Assembly (NCBI GenBank): GCA_021801825.1
Contig: JAJYXK010000007.1
Coordinates: forward strand, 90,509 to 141,043
Reading direction: 5' to 3'
Origin: a bacterium
GTDB lineage: Bacteria > Patescibacteriota > Minisyncoccia > UBA6257 > JAGOQP01
Length of the DNA stretch: 50,535 bases
The notes below the pieces were generated by a model. The model was given only the letters and a program-made list of their open reading frames with translations. It was not told where the DNA came from and searched no databases. Made by a program: the position numbers and the translations under genes. Positions 7,645 to 16,853 of the stretch are shown here, piece after piece (the first letter of the stretch is position 1; every line of letters begins with the position of its first letter).

Positions 7645-9117
7645 ATGCAAATCAACCCGTCTATTCCGATGGAAGTTCGTCATGTCATACAAACCCTGAA
7701 AAACAAGGGATTTTTAGCGTATGTGGTGGGAGGATGTGTGAGAGATATTCTTTTAGGAGCGGAACCAAAAGATTGGGATATCACTACGAATGCCACCCCA
7801 GATCAGATTCAAGAATTATTCCCCGAGAGCGTGTATGAAAATAATTTTGGTACGGTAGGAATTAAAACCAATTCGGAAGATGAAAAATTAAAAATAGTAG
7901 AAGTTACCACGTTTAGAACCGAGTCGGGATATTCTGACTCTCGTCATCCTGAAAATGTTTCATTTGTAAACACGGTAGAAGAAGATTTAGCACGAAGAGA
8001 TTTTACCGTTAACGCAGTTGCGATGGATGTTTTGAAAGATGGTGTTGCGTTAATTGATCCGTATGGTGGTCAAAAGGATTTGGAGAAAAAAGTTATACGC
8101 GCCGTGGGAAATGCTCAAGAACGATTTAACGAAGATGCGCTTCGTATATTGCGCGCAGTTCGTTTTGTGTGCCAGTTGGGAGAACAATGGAGTATTGAAG
8201 GAAAAACACAAGATGCGATACAAGAACGAGCGACACATCTGAAAAATATTTCCCAAGAACGTATTCGTGATGAATTTGCGAAAATCATCATGACCTCACG
8301 GGGAGCGTGGGGTGTTGAGCTATTGCGTAGATATGGATTACTTGCATATATTATTCCTGAATTATTAGAAGGTGTTGATTGTGGGCAGAACAAACATCAT
8401 ATCTATACCGTATGGGAACATAATTTGCGCGCGCTTGCATATGCGATTGATAAAAACTATTCCCTTGAAGTGCGGCTTGGTTCACTGCTGCACGACGTGG
8501 GAAAACCACGTACGAAAGCGGGGAGTGGGGCCAATAGTACGTTTTATAAGCATGAATACGTGGGAGCGCGCATGACACGCGATATCTTAGAACGACTCAG
8601 ATTTTCCAAACATATTGTTTTGTATGTAACACACTTAGTTAAGAATCATCTATTTTATTATAACGTGGACGAAGTAAGCGAGGCGGGAGTACGAAGATTT
8701 ATTAGTAGGGTGGGAATGGAAAATATTGAAGATCTCATAAAGATCCGTGAAGCAGACAGGATTGGATCAGGGGTTCCCAAAGCAGTGCCGTATAAGTTGC
8801 GTCACCTGCTATTTATGATTGATAAGGTGAGAAGAGATCCCGTGTCTCCCAAAATGATTGCACTCGATGGCTCTCAACTTATGGAAGAGTTGGCGCTTCG
8901 CCCTGGTCCTCGGGTGGGATGGATTTTAGGGATTTTACTTGAAGATGTATTGGATGATCCTACAAAAAACACATTAGAAAAACTTACTGCGCGGGCGCGA
9001 GAACTTAATGAATTATCCGACAATGATCTAGAGAATCTATTTGTGAAGTCAAAAAATCGTAAACAAGAGTATGAAGAAGGTGTTGAGAGCGAGATGAAGA
9101 AAAAACATAAAGTATAA
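7645..9117 (+). CDS. cca: CCA-adding tRNA nucleotidyltransferase with HD domain
   Basis: Class II nucleotidyltransferase head GGCVRDILLG..DWDITT, HD domain LLHDVGKP. The ATG at 7645 is preferred over the GTG at 7627. Confidence 0.85.
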   Translation: MQINPSIPMEVRHVIQTLKNKGFLAYVVGGCVRDILLGAEPKDWDITTNATPDQIQELFPESVYENNFGTVGIKTNSEDEKLKIVEVTTFRTESGYSDSRHPENVSFVNTVEEDLARRDFTVNAVAMDVLKDGVALIDPYGGQKDLEKKVIRAVGNAQERFNEDALRILRAVRFVCQLGEQWSIEGKTQDAIQERATHLKNISQERIRDEFAKIIMTSRGAWGVELLRRYGLLAYIIPELLEGVDCGQNKHHIYTVWEHNLRALAYAIDKNYSLEVRLGSLLHDVGKPRTKAGSGANSTFYKHEYVGARMTRDILERLRFSKHIVLYVTHLVKNHLFYYNVDEVSEAGVRRFISRVGMENIEDLIKIREADRIGSGVPKAVPYKLRHLLFMIDKVRRDPVSPKMIALDGSQLMEELALRPGPRVGWILGILLEDVLDDPTKNTLEKLTARARELNELSDNDLENLFVKSKNRKQEYEEGVESEMKKKHKV

Positions 9118-9143
9118 TGTTAAAGATCCTATATTAAATATTT

Positions 9144-10421
9144 ATGCATTGGCTTCCTAAACAACGAGGCGGTTTTACTTTGATAGAGCTACTTGTAGTC
9201 ACCCGCCTTCGTAAACTACGTTCACTACGGCGAGGTAAATCGGCACCCTCCTTCACCCTCATAGAACTCCTTGTAGTCATCGGTATTCTCGCTATCCTCA
9301 CGGCAGCTGTCGTTCTTGTGTTAAATCCCTCAGAACTCCTTAAACAAGGGAGAGATAGCAAACGAAGTACTGATATCGCATCAATACATAAAGCGATACA
9401 ATTATTAATTACACAATCTCCCTCAGTATCTCTCGGAGCTGCTTCTACGGTGTCTATCTCTATTCCCGATACCTCATCTACTTGTGCTAACCTTAGTCTC
9501 CCGACACTACCTACGGGTTATACCTATCGATGTGTACCACAAGCCTCATCTACTCTTATTAATGGTTCTGGTTGGTTACCTATAGATTTTACGCAAACGA
9601 CAATACAAAATTTTTCTTCACTACCACTTGACCCTGCTAATACCAGTACTACAGAGCTGTATTATGCCTATATGCCTACTACCGCAGGTACCTATGAACT
9701 CACCACACTTATGGAGTCAGAGAAAGGGTCAAGGTCTGCTATCGTTGATGGGGGTATATTTCCCGGAGTTTTGGAAGTAGGATCAGCGCTCGCACAAACC
9801 CCGCCACTACGAGATAGAGGGCTGGTTGGCTATTGGCCCTTGGACGAAGGAACGGGAACGACTGCCTATGATCGCTCGGGAAACAACAATAATGGCACAT
9901 TGGTAAATAACCCAACTTGGCAAACATCAACAAATTGTAAACGAGGAAGTTGCCTGAGTTTTGATGGAAGTACAAACTATATAAATATTGGGAATCAAGG
10001 TATTTATAATTTAACGAATGGAGTATCAATTGTCGCGCTCGTAAAAACAGCGGGTGTTGGCCCCGTTACCGTTATTAGAAGAGCAAATCAATACATGATA
10101 CGCATAACCGTTAGTAAGGGGTGGGGGTGGTCCGGTAGCGGAACTAATGTAGCTGGAACGTCCACGGTATCAAATTCCCAATGGCATCAGATGGTTTTTA
10201 CAGCATCAAAAGCTGATGGAACTCAAAAATTATATGTGGATGGAGTTCTTGAGGGGCAGAATACAGATGTTGGACTTGCTTCATTTCCGTCTGATAGTTT
10301 ATACATCGGATCTACCACGGGCAATATGGAATATTTTGGCGGACTTTTGGACGATATTAGAATTTATAACCGAGCCCTATCTCAAACGGAGATTATATAT
10401 ATGTATAATGCTATAAAATAA
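9144..10421 (+). CDS. prepilin-type N-terminal domain protein with LamG-like (concanavalin A-like) domain
   Basis: QRGG|FTLIELLVV methylation motif occurs twice (9174-9200 and 9252-9278). C-terminal half has LVGYWPLDEGTGTTAYDRSG ... FGGLLDDIRIYNRAL, typical of LamG-like jellyroll domains. Confidence 0.8.
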   Translation: MHWLPKQRGGFTLIELLVVTRLRKLRSLRRGKSAPSFTLIELLVVIGILAILTAAVVLVLNPSELLKQGRDSKRSTDIASIHKAIQLLITQSPSVSLGAASTVSISIPDTSSTCANLSLPTLPTGYTYRCVPQASSTLINGSGWLPIDFTQTTIQNFSSLPLDPANTSTTELYYAYMPTTAGTYELTTLMESEKGSRSAIVDGGIFPGVLEVGSALAQTPPLRDRGLVGYWPLDEGTGTTAYDRSGNNNNGTLVNNPTWQTSTNCKRGSCLSFDGSTNYINIGNQGIYNLTNGVSIVALVKTAGVGPVTVIRRANQYMIRITVSKGWGWSGSGTNVAGTSTVSNSQWHQMVFTASKADGTQKLYVDGVLEGQNTDVGLASFPSDSLYIGSTTGNMEYFGGLLDDIRIYNRALSQTEIIYMYNAIK

Positions 10422-10436
10422 ACTATTTTGAGTTTA

Positions 10437-12149
10437 TTACTCAACCATTCTGAGATTTATTTCCCTTACCCCATCTACCTTGCGGAGCTTGAGGAATAAT
10501 TGTTCAGCTTTTTTTCTTTCGGATATATCAACCAAAATTTTTATCATAGGAAATCGTTCGTTTTCAAAGGTGTTTATTGAAATAAGAGGTATACGATTTC
10601 TTGAGAGGACTGAAAGAATGTCCTTTACCATACCAATACGCGCTTCACAAATAATCTTATATTCTGTTTTTTGGGGCAGCGCCGTCTTTTTTCTGATAGC
10701 ATTTTTTACCTTTCGGGTGGCATATTTTGTTTTAACAAAATGAATCCATGATTCGGAAGGTTTTTTATTTTTTTGAGTTAAAATCTCAACTATGTCTCCT
10801 GATTGCAGCCTGTAATCAAGGTGTACAATTTTTCCATTTACCTTCGCTCCGATACAGGAGTCTCCAATTTCAGTATGAATGCGATACGCAAAATCAACAG
10901 GGGTGGCATCGATGGGTAAATCAATAACTTCTCCTCTGGGGGTAAGAGTAAAAATGCGGTCAGAAAATAGATCAAGTTTTAGCGCGTCAGTAAATTCTTG
11001 TGATCCGGGGAATTGATTTTGCCATTCTTGAAGTTGTTTGACTATAGATGAGTCTTTCTCTCCCGCCTTCTGAGAAATATTTTTTGCGTATGATTTGGTA
11101 TTTTTGGTAATCTCATAAAACCAATGCGCTGCGGCACCATGTTCGGATTGCTCATGCATTTCTTGTGTGCGAATCTGGAATTCGGTTGGTTTATTATCGA
11201 CGCAAAAGACGGTGGTATGTAAACTTTGATAGCCGTTTATTTTTGGAAGCGCGATATAATCCTTTATTTTTCCAGGAAGTGGTTTCCACAGTGAATGAAT
11301 CGCCCCAAGGACCAAATAACACTCTTCAACGGTATGTACAATGATACGGAGAGCAACTAAATCATAAATTCGTTCAATATCCATATCATTTGCGACCAGT
11401 TTTTTGTATAGACTAGAGACTCTCTTCGCGCGACTATCAATGGTAATGGGGTGGATATTTGTTTCTTTTAATTTTTGTTCAACAATAGCACGCACCTGAA
11501 GAACGTATTGATTTCTTTTTTCATAGGATTCCTTGAGATTCTTTTTAATCCATAGGTATTGATCTGGATGAGTATAGGGGAATGCAAGATCTTCTAATTC
11601 TCCTGAAACATTTTGCATACCAAGCCGCGAGGCGATAGGGGCATAAATTTCTGATGTCTCCAGCGCAATACGGCGTTGTTTTGCCACGGGAAGGTGTGAG
11701 AGGGTTTTCATGTTATGCAGACGATCGGAAAGTTTTATAAATATAACGCGTAAGTCATGGGTAACCGCAAGCATCATTTTTCTTAATGATTCGGCGCCCC
11801 GCTCTTTCCCTTTGTACTGTAACTTTCCAAGTTTTGTGACTCCTTCTATAAGAAATAGAATCTCTTCTCCAAATTTTTCTTTTATGATTTGAGGAGTGAT
11901 GGCGCAATCTTCAATGGTGTCATGCAAAAGGCCCGCGATAATAGAAGTTGCATCTAATCTCCATTGCGCAAGTTGTAATGCCGTTTGCGCAACATGGGTA
12001 AAGTATTCTTCGCCACTCGCGCGTTTTTGTCCGTGATGCGCTTGTTGAGCAAACATATAAGCCTCACGAATATGCTCACAATCAGCTAGAGATTGAGCAT
12101 GGTGTGCTGTATAGGTGTCACAGAGAGTTTTTAGAGATACCGCGCTCAT
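10437..12149 (-). CDS. rel: bifunctional (p)ppGpp synthetase/hydrolase, RelA/SpoT family
   Basis: HD hydrolase (HGQKRASGEEYFTHV, LHDTIEDC), synthetase core (YQSLHTTV), TGS (DATPVDFAYRIHTEIG) and a C-terminal ACT-like segment. Confidence 0.9.
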   Translation of the reverse strand: MSAVSLKTLCDTYTAHHAQSLADCEHIREAYMFAQQAHHGQKRASGEEYFTHVAQTALQLAQWRLDATSIIAGLLHDTIEDCAITPQIIKEKFGEEILFLIEGVTKLGKLQYKGKERGAESLRKMMLAVTHDLRVIFIKLSDRLHNMKTLSHLPVAKQRRIALETSEIYAPIASRLGMQNVSGELEDLAFPYTHPDQYLWIKKNLKESYEKRNQYVLQVRAIVEQKLKETNIHPITIDSRAKRVSSLYKKLVANDMDIERIYDLVALRIIVHTVEECYLVLGAIHSLWKPLPGKIKDYIALPKINGYQSLHTTVFCVDNKPTEFQIRTQEMHEQSEHGAAAHWFYEITKNTKSYAKNISQKAGEKDSSIVKQLQEWQNQFPGSQEFTDALKLDLFSDRIFTLTPRGEVIDLPIDATPVDFAYRIHTEIGDSCIGAKVNGKIVHLDYRLQSGDIVEILTQKNKKPSESWIHFVKTKYATRKVKNAIRKKTALPQKTEYKIICEARIGMVKDILSVLSRNRIPLISINTFENERFPMIKILVDISERKKAEQLFLKLRKVDGVREINLRMVE

Positions 12150-12156
12150 AATTAAA

Positions 12157-14385
12157 TTATTTTTTTGATTTCTTTATTTTTGAAGATGGCTTTTTATCTT
12201 TCAGGTGTGGATTATGATTTGGACAGGATTTGTTACTACAACGTTCGGGTATAGTTTTGGTTCCCTCCATCATAAGAGAGCCACATTCGGGGCAGATATT
12301 CCCGGTTGGTTTTGACTTTATAATGTATTTACAATCTGGGTATGAGGAACAACTATAAAAAACTCCAAATCGTCCGCGACGCTCTACTAAAGTTCCTTTC
12401 TTACATATTGGACATACCACCCCTGTGTTATTTTTTTCCGGGATGGTCTCGTCTTTCTTTATAAATTTACATTTTGGATATCGGTTACATGAAATAAACA
12501 TACCAAATTTTCCTTCTCGTTCTACTAATTTTCCCTCTTTGCATTGAGGGCATGCTTCACCGATTTCTTTTGGTGCTTCCAATACCTTTCCTTCAAGAGT
12601 AAGGGCCCCTACGCAATTGGGAAATTTTCCACAACTATAAAACTTACCCGAACGGCTTAATTTTATAATCATAGAACTACCACATATTGGGCATGCGATG
12701 TGTTCCGGAGCTGGTCCGAGATTTGTTATTTTGGGTATGTCGTTTTTTTCAGCCACATCCTTATTAAAGGGGGTATAAAACGATTCTAGTGTTTTTTTGT
12801 ATTCGCGAGTTCCATTTGCTATTTCATCTAATTCGTTTTCCATTTCTGCAGTGAATGAGTCGCTGATATATGAAGAAAAATATTTTTGTAAGAAGTCGCT
12901 TACCACCTCTCCCATATCAGTTGGTCGTAAAGATCTATTCTCACGCAATACATATCCACGATCTACAATTGTTTTTATGATGGTTGCGTAGGTGCTTGGG
13001 CGACCGATTCCGCGTTTTTCCAGCTCTTTAATAAGTCCTGCTTCTGAATATCTGCGTGGAGGCTCTGTTTCTTTACGTTCTGCTTCTATGTCTAAAAATA
13101 GAATAGGATCCTTTTCGTGTATAAGTGGTAGTTTTATATCTTCTTCTTTTGACGCGATATCTGCAACAAGCCACCCATCAAAAAGTATGCGGGATCCTTG
13201 GGTAACAAATGTGGGCACCTGTTTGTTGGTGCATGCAGCGGTTATCTTTGTTCTTTCTATTTGCGCATCGCTCATCTGACTCGTGAGAGCTCGTGTACGA
13301 ATCAATTCATATAATTTCTTTTCTTGTGGACTTCCTCCCGCAGTACGAAGCGCTATGGAGGTTGGTCTGATTGCCTCATGAGCCTCTTGGGCATTTTTTA
13401 CTTTCGTGGTGTAGGTACGAGCGGTCGCGTAGGTGTCTCCGTGAGTTTTTGTTATATATGAAAGAATCTCGTGTTGAGCCTGAGCACTTATGGTGGTGCT
13501 GTCGGTGCGCATATAAGTTATAAGCCCCGCTTCATATAATTTCTGCGCAAGGCGCATGGTAATGCTGGGAGCGTATCCTAAACGAGAAGAGGCGCTTTGC
13601 TGAAGAGTTGAGGTGGTAAACGGTGCACGCGGACTTCTGTGGGTCTGTGTGGTATCAACTGTTTTTATGTGCCAGGTGTCGGTGCGTGCTGCGTGCACAA
13701 TTGCATCGGCGTCTTCTTGTGTTTTGGGCTCTATACTACATATAAAAGGAATTTTTTCTTTCTTGGTGGTAGTACCAAGCGCGGTGATTACCCAGAAGGG
13801 CTCTGGAATAAACGCGCGGATTTCTTTTTCTCTCTCAACAAGAATACGAAGTGCGGGGGATTGTACGCGCCCAGCCGAAAGTCCATAGCGCAATTTTTTC
13901 CAGATAAGACCACTAAGATCATATCCAAACAATCTATCAAGAACTCTGCGCGCTTCTTGGGCCTTTACTAAATTCATATCAATATCTCGCGGGTGTTGTA
14001 TGGCGTCATGTATTGCTGATTGAGTTATTTCATGAAAAGCAACTCTTTTATATTTTTTCTGATCTTCTTTTTTTGATTTTTTTCCTTCGGGATTAATAAC
14101 TTGTGTAAGATGCCATGCAATTGCTTCTCCCTCGCGGTCAGGGTCGGTTGCAAGAATAATTTCGGTCGCTTTTTTTGAGAGATCTTGTAATTCGTGTATA
14201 ACTGATTTTTTATCTTTAGATATTTCATATGAAGGAATAAATCCCCCCAGAATATCAATTGCGTTTTTGTTTGATTTGGGAAGGTCACGTACGTGTCCAA
14301 CACTTGCGCGCACTTCAAATTGATCTCCAAGATATTTGGTGATAGTTTTTGCTTTGGTGGGTGACTCAACAATGAGTAATTTCAT
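12157..14385 (-). CDS. topA: DNA topoisomerase I
   Basis: TOPRIM start KLLIVESPTKAKTI, DPDREGEAIAWH, active-site ITYMRTDST, and four C-terminal C4 zinc ribbons (CPICG..CGKFPNC etc.). Confidence 0.95.
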   Translation of the reverse strand: MKLLIVESPTKAKTITKYLGDQFEVRASVGHVRDLPKSNKNAIDILGGFIPSYEISKDKKSVIHELQDLSKKATEIILATDPDREGEAIAWHLTQVINPEGKKSKKEDQKKYKRVAFHEITQSAIHDAIQHPRDIDMNLVKAQEARRVLDRLFGYDLSGLIWKKLRYGLSAGRVQSPALRILVEREKEIRAFIPEPFWVITALGTTTKKEKIPFICSIEPKTQEDADAIVHAARTDTWHIKTVDTTQTHRSPRAPFTTSTLQQSASSRLGYAPSITMRLAQKLYEAGLITYMRTDSTTISAQAQHEILSYITKTHGDTYATARTYTTKVKNAQEAHEAIRPTSIALRTAGGSPQEKKLYELIRTRALTSQMSDAQIERTKITAACTNKQVPTFVTQGSRILFDGWLVADIASKEEDIKLPLIHEKDPILFLDIEAERKETEPPRRYSEAGLIKELEKRGIGRPSTYATIIKTIVDRGYVLRENRSLRPTDMGEVVSDFLQKYFSSYISDSFTAEMENELDEIANGTREYKKTLESFYTPFNKDVAEKNDIPKITNLGPAPEHIACPICGSSMIIKLSRSGKFYSCGKFPNCVGALTLEGKVLEAPKEIGEACPQCKEGKLVEREGKFGMFISCNRYPKCKFIKKDETIPEKNNTGVVCPICKKGTLVERRGRFGVFYSCSSYPDCKYIIKSKPTGNICPECGSLMMEGTKTIPERCSNKSCPNHNPHLKDKKPSSKIKKSKK

Positions 14386-14434
14386 AATATAAGGGTATAT
14401 AGGTATATATATAGTATTTGTGCATTACTCGCAA

Positions 14435-15322
14435 CTAGGGGGAGAGATTATAGAGTTGTGGGCCGACTTCAATTATTTTTTGTTCCAGAATAAGTTTTGA
14501 GATATTTTTTTGAACATAGGGATAAGAAAGACCTGTTTTTTCAAGGATAGTTTCAAGGGAGATGGGGGTGCTGTTTTCTTTTATACAAAGGAAAACATCA
14601 TGTGATTGCAGGGAGTCCTGTGTTTTGTGAATGCTTTGAGAAACAAAGGATAACGTGGGATGGGTGGTAATATCTTCGCATATATCATGAACCGATCGAA
14701 CAAGTCGCGCGCCGTGCCGCAGCAATTCATGAGATCCAGTAAAAAGAGGAGACGACGCGGGTCCCGGAAACACAAACACCGGAATTCCTTGTTGTGCTGC
14801 CGCGTGGGCGGTTGCAAGTGATCCTGAGGCGCGGGGTGCTTCAATAACGATAACTGCTGCACTGAGTCCGCTAATAATTCGGTTTCGCGCAAGGAATTGG
14901 TGGGGGTAGGGCGGTGTTCCTGATGGATATTCTGAAATAAGACAACCACCAAGGTCTAATATTTTTTGCGCGAGAGGGATGTGTTGTTTTGGTTGAACGG
15001 AATCCAACCCATGAGCGAGTACTGCCCAAGTAGCTCCGTTTGCATCACAGGCTCCCTGGTGCGCGGCAGCGTCAATACCAAACGCAAGTCCGCTTACAAT
15101 AATCCACTGTTGAGATGCGAGCTCGTATGCAACATGATGAGCTAATTTTTTTCCTTCAGGAGATGCTTTCCGCGTTCCCACTATCGCAATACGAGGGGCG
15201 GAGGAAAGAGATCCTCTATAATATAGGGTGTGTGGGGCATGGGGAATAAAGCGAAGGGCGGCGGGAAACAAAGAATCGTCTTTAATACATTGTTGTATGG
15301 GGAAATTGTTTTTTTGTTCCAT
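14435..15322 (-). CDS. dprA: DNA processing protein DprA/Smf
   Basis: IAIVGTRKASPEGKK ... SGLAFGIDAAAHQGA Rossmann-like core and a C-terminal winged-helix-like tail. Confidence 0.88.
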   Translation of the reverse strand: MEQKNNFPIQQCIKDDSLFPAALRFIPHAPHTLYYRGSLSSAPRIAIVGTRKASPEGKKLAHHVAYELASQQWIIVSGLAFGIDAAAHQGACDANGATWAVLAHGLDSVQPKQHIPLAQKILDLGGCLISEYPSGTPPYPHQFLARNRIISGLSAAVIVIEAPRASGSLATAHAAAQQGIPVFVFPGPASSPLFTGSHELLRHGARLVRSVHDICEDITTHPTLSFVSQSIHKTQDSLQSHDVFLCIKENSTPISLETILEKTGLSYPYVQKNISKLILEQKIIEVGPQLYNLSP

Positions 15323-15406
15323 ACTATATATACTATGTAGTATATACCATCAGATTTGGAGTACCTAGGGATATCTTGGTGTACTCTCTTCTTACATTGC
15401 TCTACT

Positions 15407-15943
15407 ATGACAGAATTTAAAAAAAATATATTACGCGTAGGAGGTACGGTGGGGGTTGTTATTATTTTATTTGCCACATTTATTCTGCTATTTCGCGCGA
15501 ATATTTCTCATCAAACAGAAGTGATTAAAGATTTAGCAGGGCGACGCAACTTATACTCTCAATCATCACAGGGACTTGCAGAGCTTATGAAAGATTGGAG
15601 TATTGCACAGCAGTACAAAGATCGTGTGCAACTTTTAGTTCCCAAAAAGGATGATATTGTACTACTCTCAAAAGAATTACAAGCACGAGCTCAGAAGGAC
15701 AAAGTTTCCATTGTATTTTCTTTTAATGCCGAGAGTGAAACGAAAGTATCACAGGGGGATATTAGTTCCATCGGATTTACCGCAACGGTTGAAGGGGCAG
15801 TGAGTGATATTCTGTCCTTCCTTAATGAAATAGAAGAATCATACTATGCGTTACAGATTCAGACGTTTGATCTCAATACGGGGGTTGCTAATAATGCTTC
15901 TCTGTCCCGCTTCTTTATTACCGGAAAAATATTCTTTCATTAA
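15407..15943 (+). CDS. single-pass membrane protein, PilO-like architecture (tentative)
   Basis: Start at MTEFKK. TM helix, then a coiled-coil segment and an alpha/beta C-terminal domain. The family call is by-eye only. Confidence 0.5.
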   Translation: MTEFKKNILRVGGTVGVVIILFATFILLFRANISHQTEVIKDLAGRRNLYSQSSQGLAELMKDWSIAQQYKDRVQLLVPKKDDIVLLSKELQARAQKDKVSIVFSFNAESETKVSQGDISSIGFTATVEGAVSDILSFLNEIEESYYALQIQTFDLNTGVANNASLSRFFITGKIFFH

Positions 15944-15952
15944 ACACACGAT

Positions 15953-16228
15953 ATGAAAATTTCAATTCCAAAATTAGACGCCGAGTTTTTCAAGCATAAG
16001 AAAAATGACATTATTTTTGTGGTAAGTGGTATTGTTTTGCTACTTTGTTTGTTGTGGATATTTGTATCATCAGTGGGGTTCTTGTCAGTGAGTGTAGATA
16101 CTGCTATTGATAATCAAACTACAACAGATACAAATACTAAATTTAACATAGATTCACTTCAGAAAATTGGAATTATGGGGGCCGCTCCTCAGGGGACTTC
16201 TTCAACAACCGCGACACCCTCTCGGTAG
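15953..16228 (+). CDS. small single-pass membrane protein, hypothetical
   Basis: 91-aa ORF 9 nt after the previous gene. TM IIFVVSGIVLLLCLLWIFV and a Thr-rich tail. Confidence 0.5.
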   Translation: MKISIPKLDAEFFKHKKNDIIFVVSGIVLLLCLLWIFVSSVGFLSVSVDTAIDNQTTTDTNTKFNIDSLQKIGIMGAAPQGTSSTTATPSR

Positions 16229-16232
16229 AAAC

Positions 16233-16261
16233 TTGATAATGATATAATTTTTATATACAAT
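16233..16261 (+). promoter_or_regulatory. sigma-70-type promoter upstream of the tRNA-Ile 5' fragment
   Basis: TTGATA (16233-38), 17-nt spacer, TACAAT (16256-61). Confidence 0.45.
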
Positions 16262-16276
16262 AGTTTTCACTTGTTT

Positions 16277-16636
16277 TGCGCAAGTAGTTCAGCCCCGACG
16301 AGCGGAGCTGTCGGGGTCCCGACTGAAACGTCGGGATGGTATTATGAAGAAAGGATTTGTTTACATAATCCAAGATACTTATACTCATCATCTGTATATA
16401 GGAAGTACAGATGATGTGAATCGACGCCTACAACAACATAAGTATGGGCATACATATACTACAAGACGTATGCACGAAATAATTCTAATTTTTGTGCAAG
16501 AGTTTAAAACCATCACACAAGCAAGAAGAATAGAAATGTGGTTAAAGAAGCTAAAGCGCCGTGATTATATTGAAAAAATAATTAGTGATGGTAGTATAAG
16601 GAAAAAGTTTTAGTTTTAAATGCGCAAGTAGTTCAG
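16277..16636 (+). mobile_element. GIY-YIG homing-endonuclease-like cassette bracketed by a 16-bp duplication of the tRNA-Ile 5' end
   Basis: tgcgcaagtagttcag occurs at 16277-16292 and at 16621-16636. Between the copies lie two GC hairpins (16293-16316, 16317-16336) and the GIY-YIG ORF. Confidence 0.55.
16344..16613 (+). CDS. GIY-YIG nuclease family protein (catalytic domain only)
   Basis: GFVYIIQ ... LYIGSTDDVNRRLQQH ... ARRIEMWLKK matches the GIY-(x10)-YIG, Arg and Glu catalytic pattern. 89 aa. Confidence 0.85.
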   Translation: MKKGFVYIIQDTYTHHLYIGSTDDVNRRLQQHKYGHTYTTRRMHEIILIFVQEFKTITQARRIEMWLKKLKRRDYIEKIISDGSIRKKF

Positions 16637-16693
16637 TGGTAGAACGCTGTCCTGATAAGACAGAGGTCGAAGGTCCGATTCCTTCCTTGCGCA
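16622..16693 (+). tRNA. tRNA-Ile (GAT), no encoded CCA
   Basis: Acceptor GCGCAAG/CTTGCGC, anticodon arm CTGTC-CTGATAA-GACAG, T arm GAAGG-TCCGATT-CCTTC. Confidence 0.9.
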
Positions 16694-16707
16694 CACAGTT
16701 AATGATC

Positions 16708-16779
16708 GGGCGTTTAGCTCAGTGGTAGAGCGTTTCATTGACATTGAAAAGGTCGCAGGTTCAATCCCTGCAACGCCCA
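16708..16779 (+). tRNA. tRNA-Val (GAC), no encoded CCA
   Basis: Acceptor GGGCGTT/AACGCCC, anticodon arm TTTCA-TTGACAT-TGAAA, T arm GCAGG-TTCAATC-CCTGC. Confidence 0.9.
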
Positions 16780-16853
16780 CCGCCCAAATGTAAGTGATGA
16801 ATTAAGGAGATGGTTTTGATGTTAATCGGAGCATCAACCGTAGGAAACGAAAC

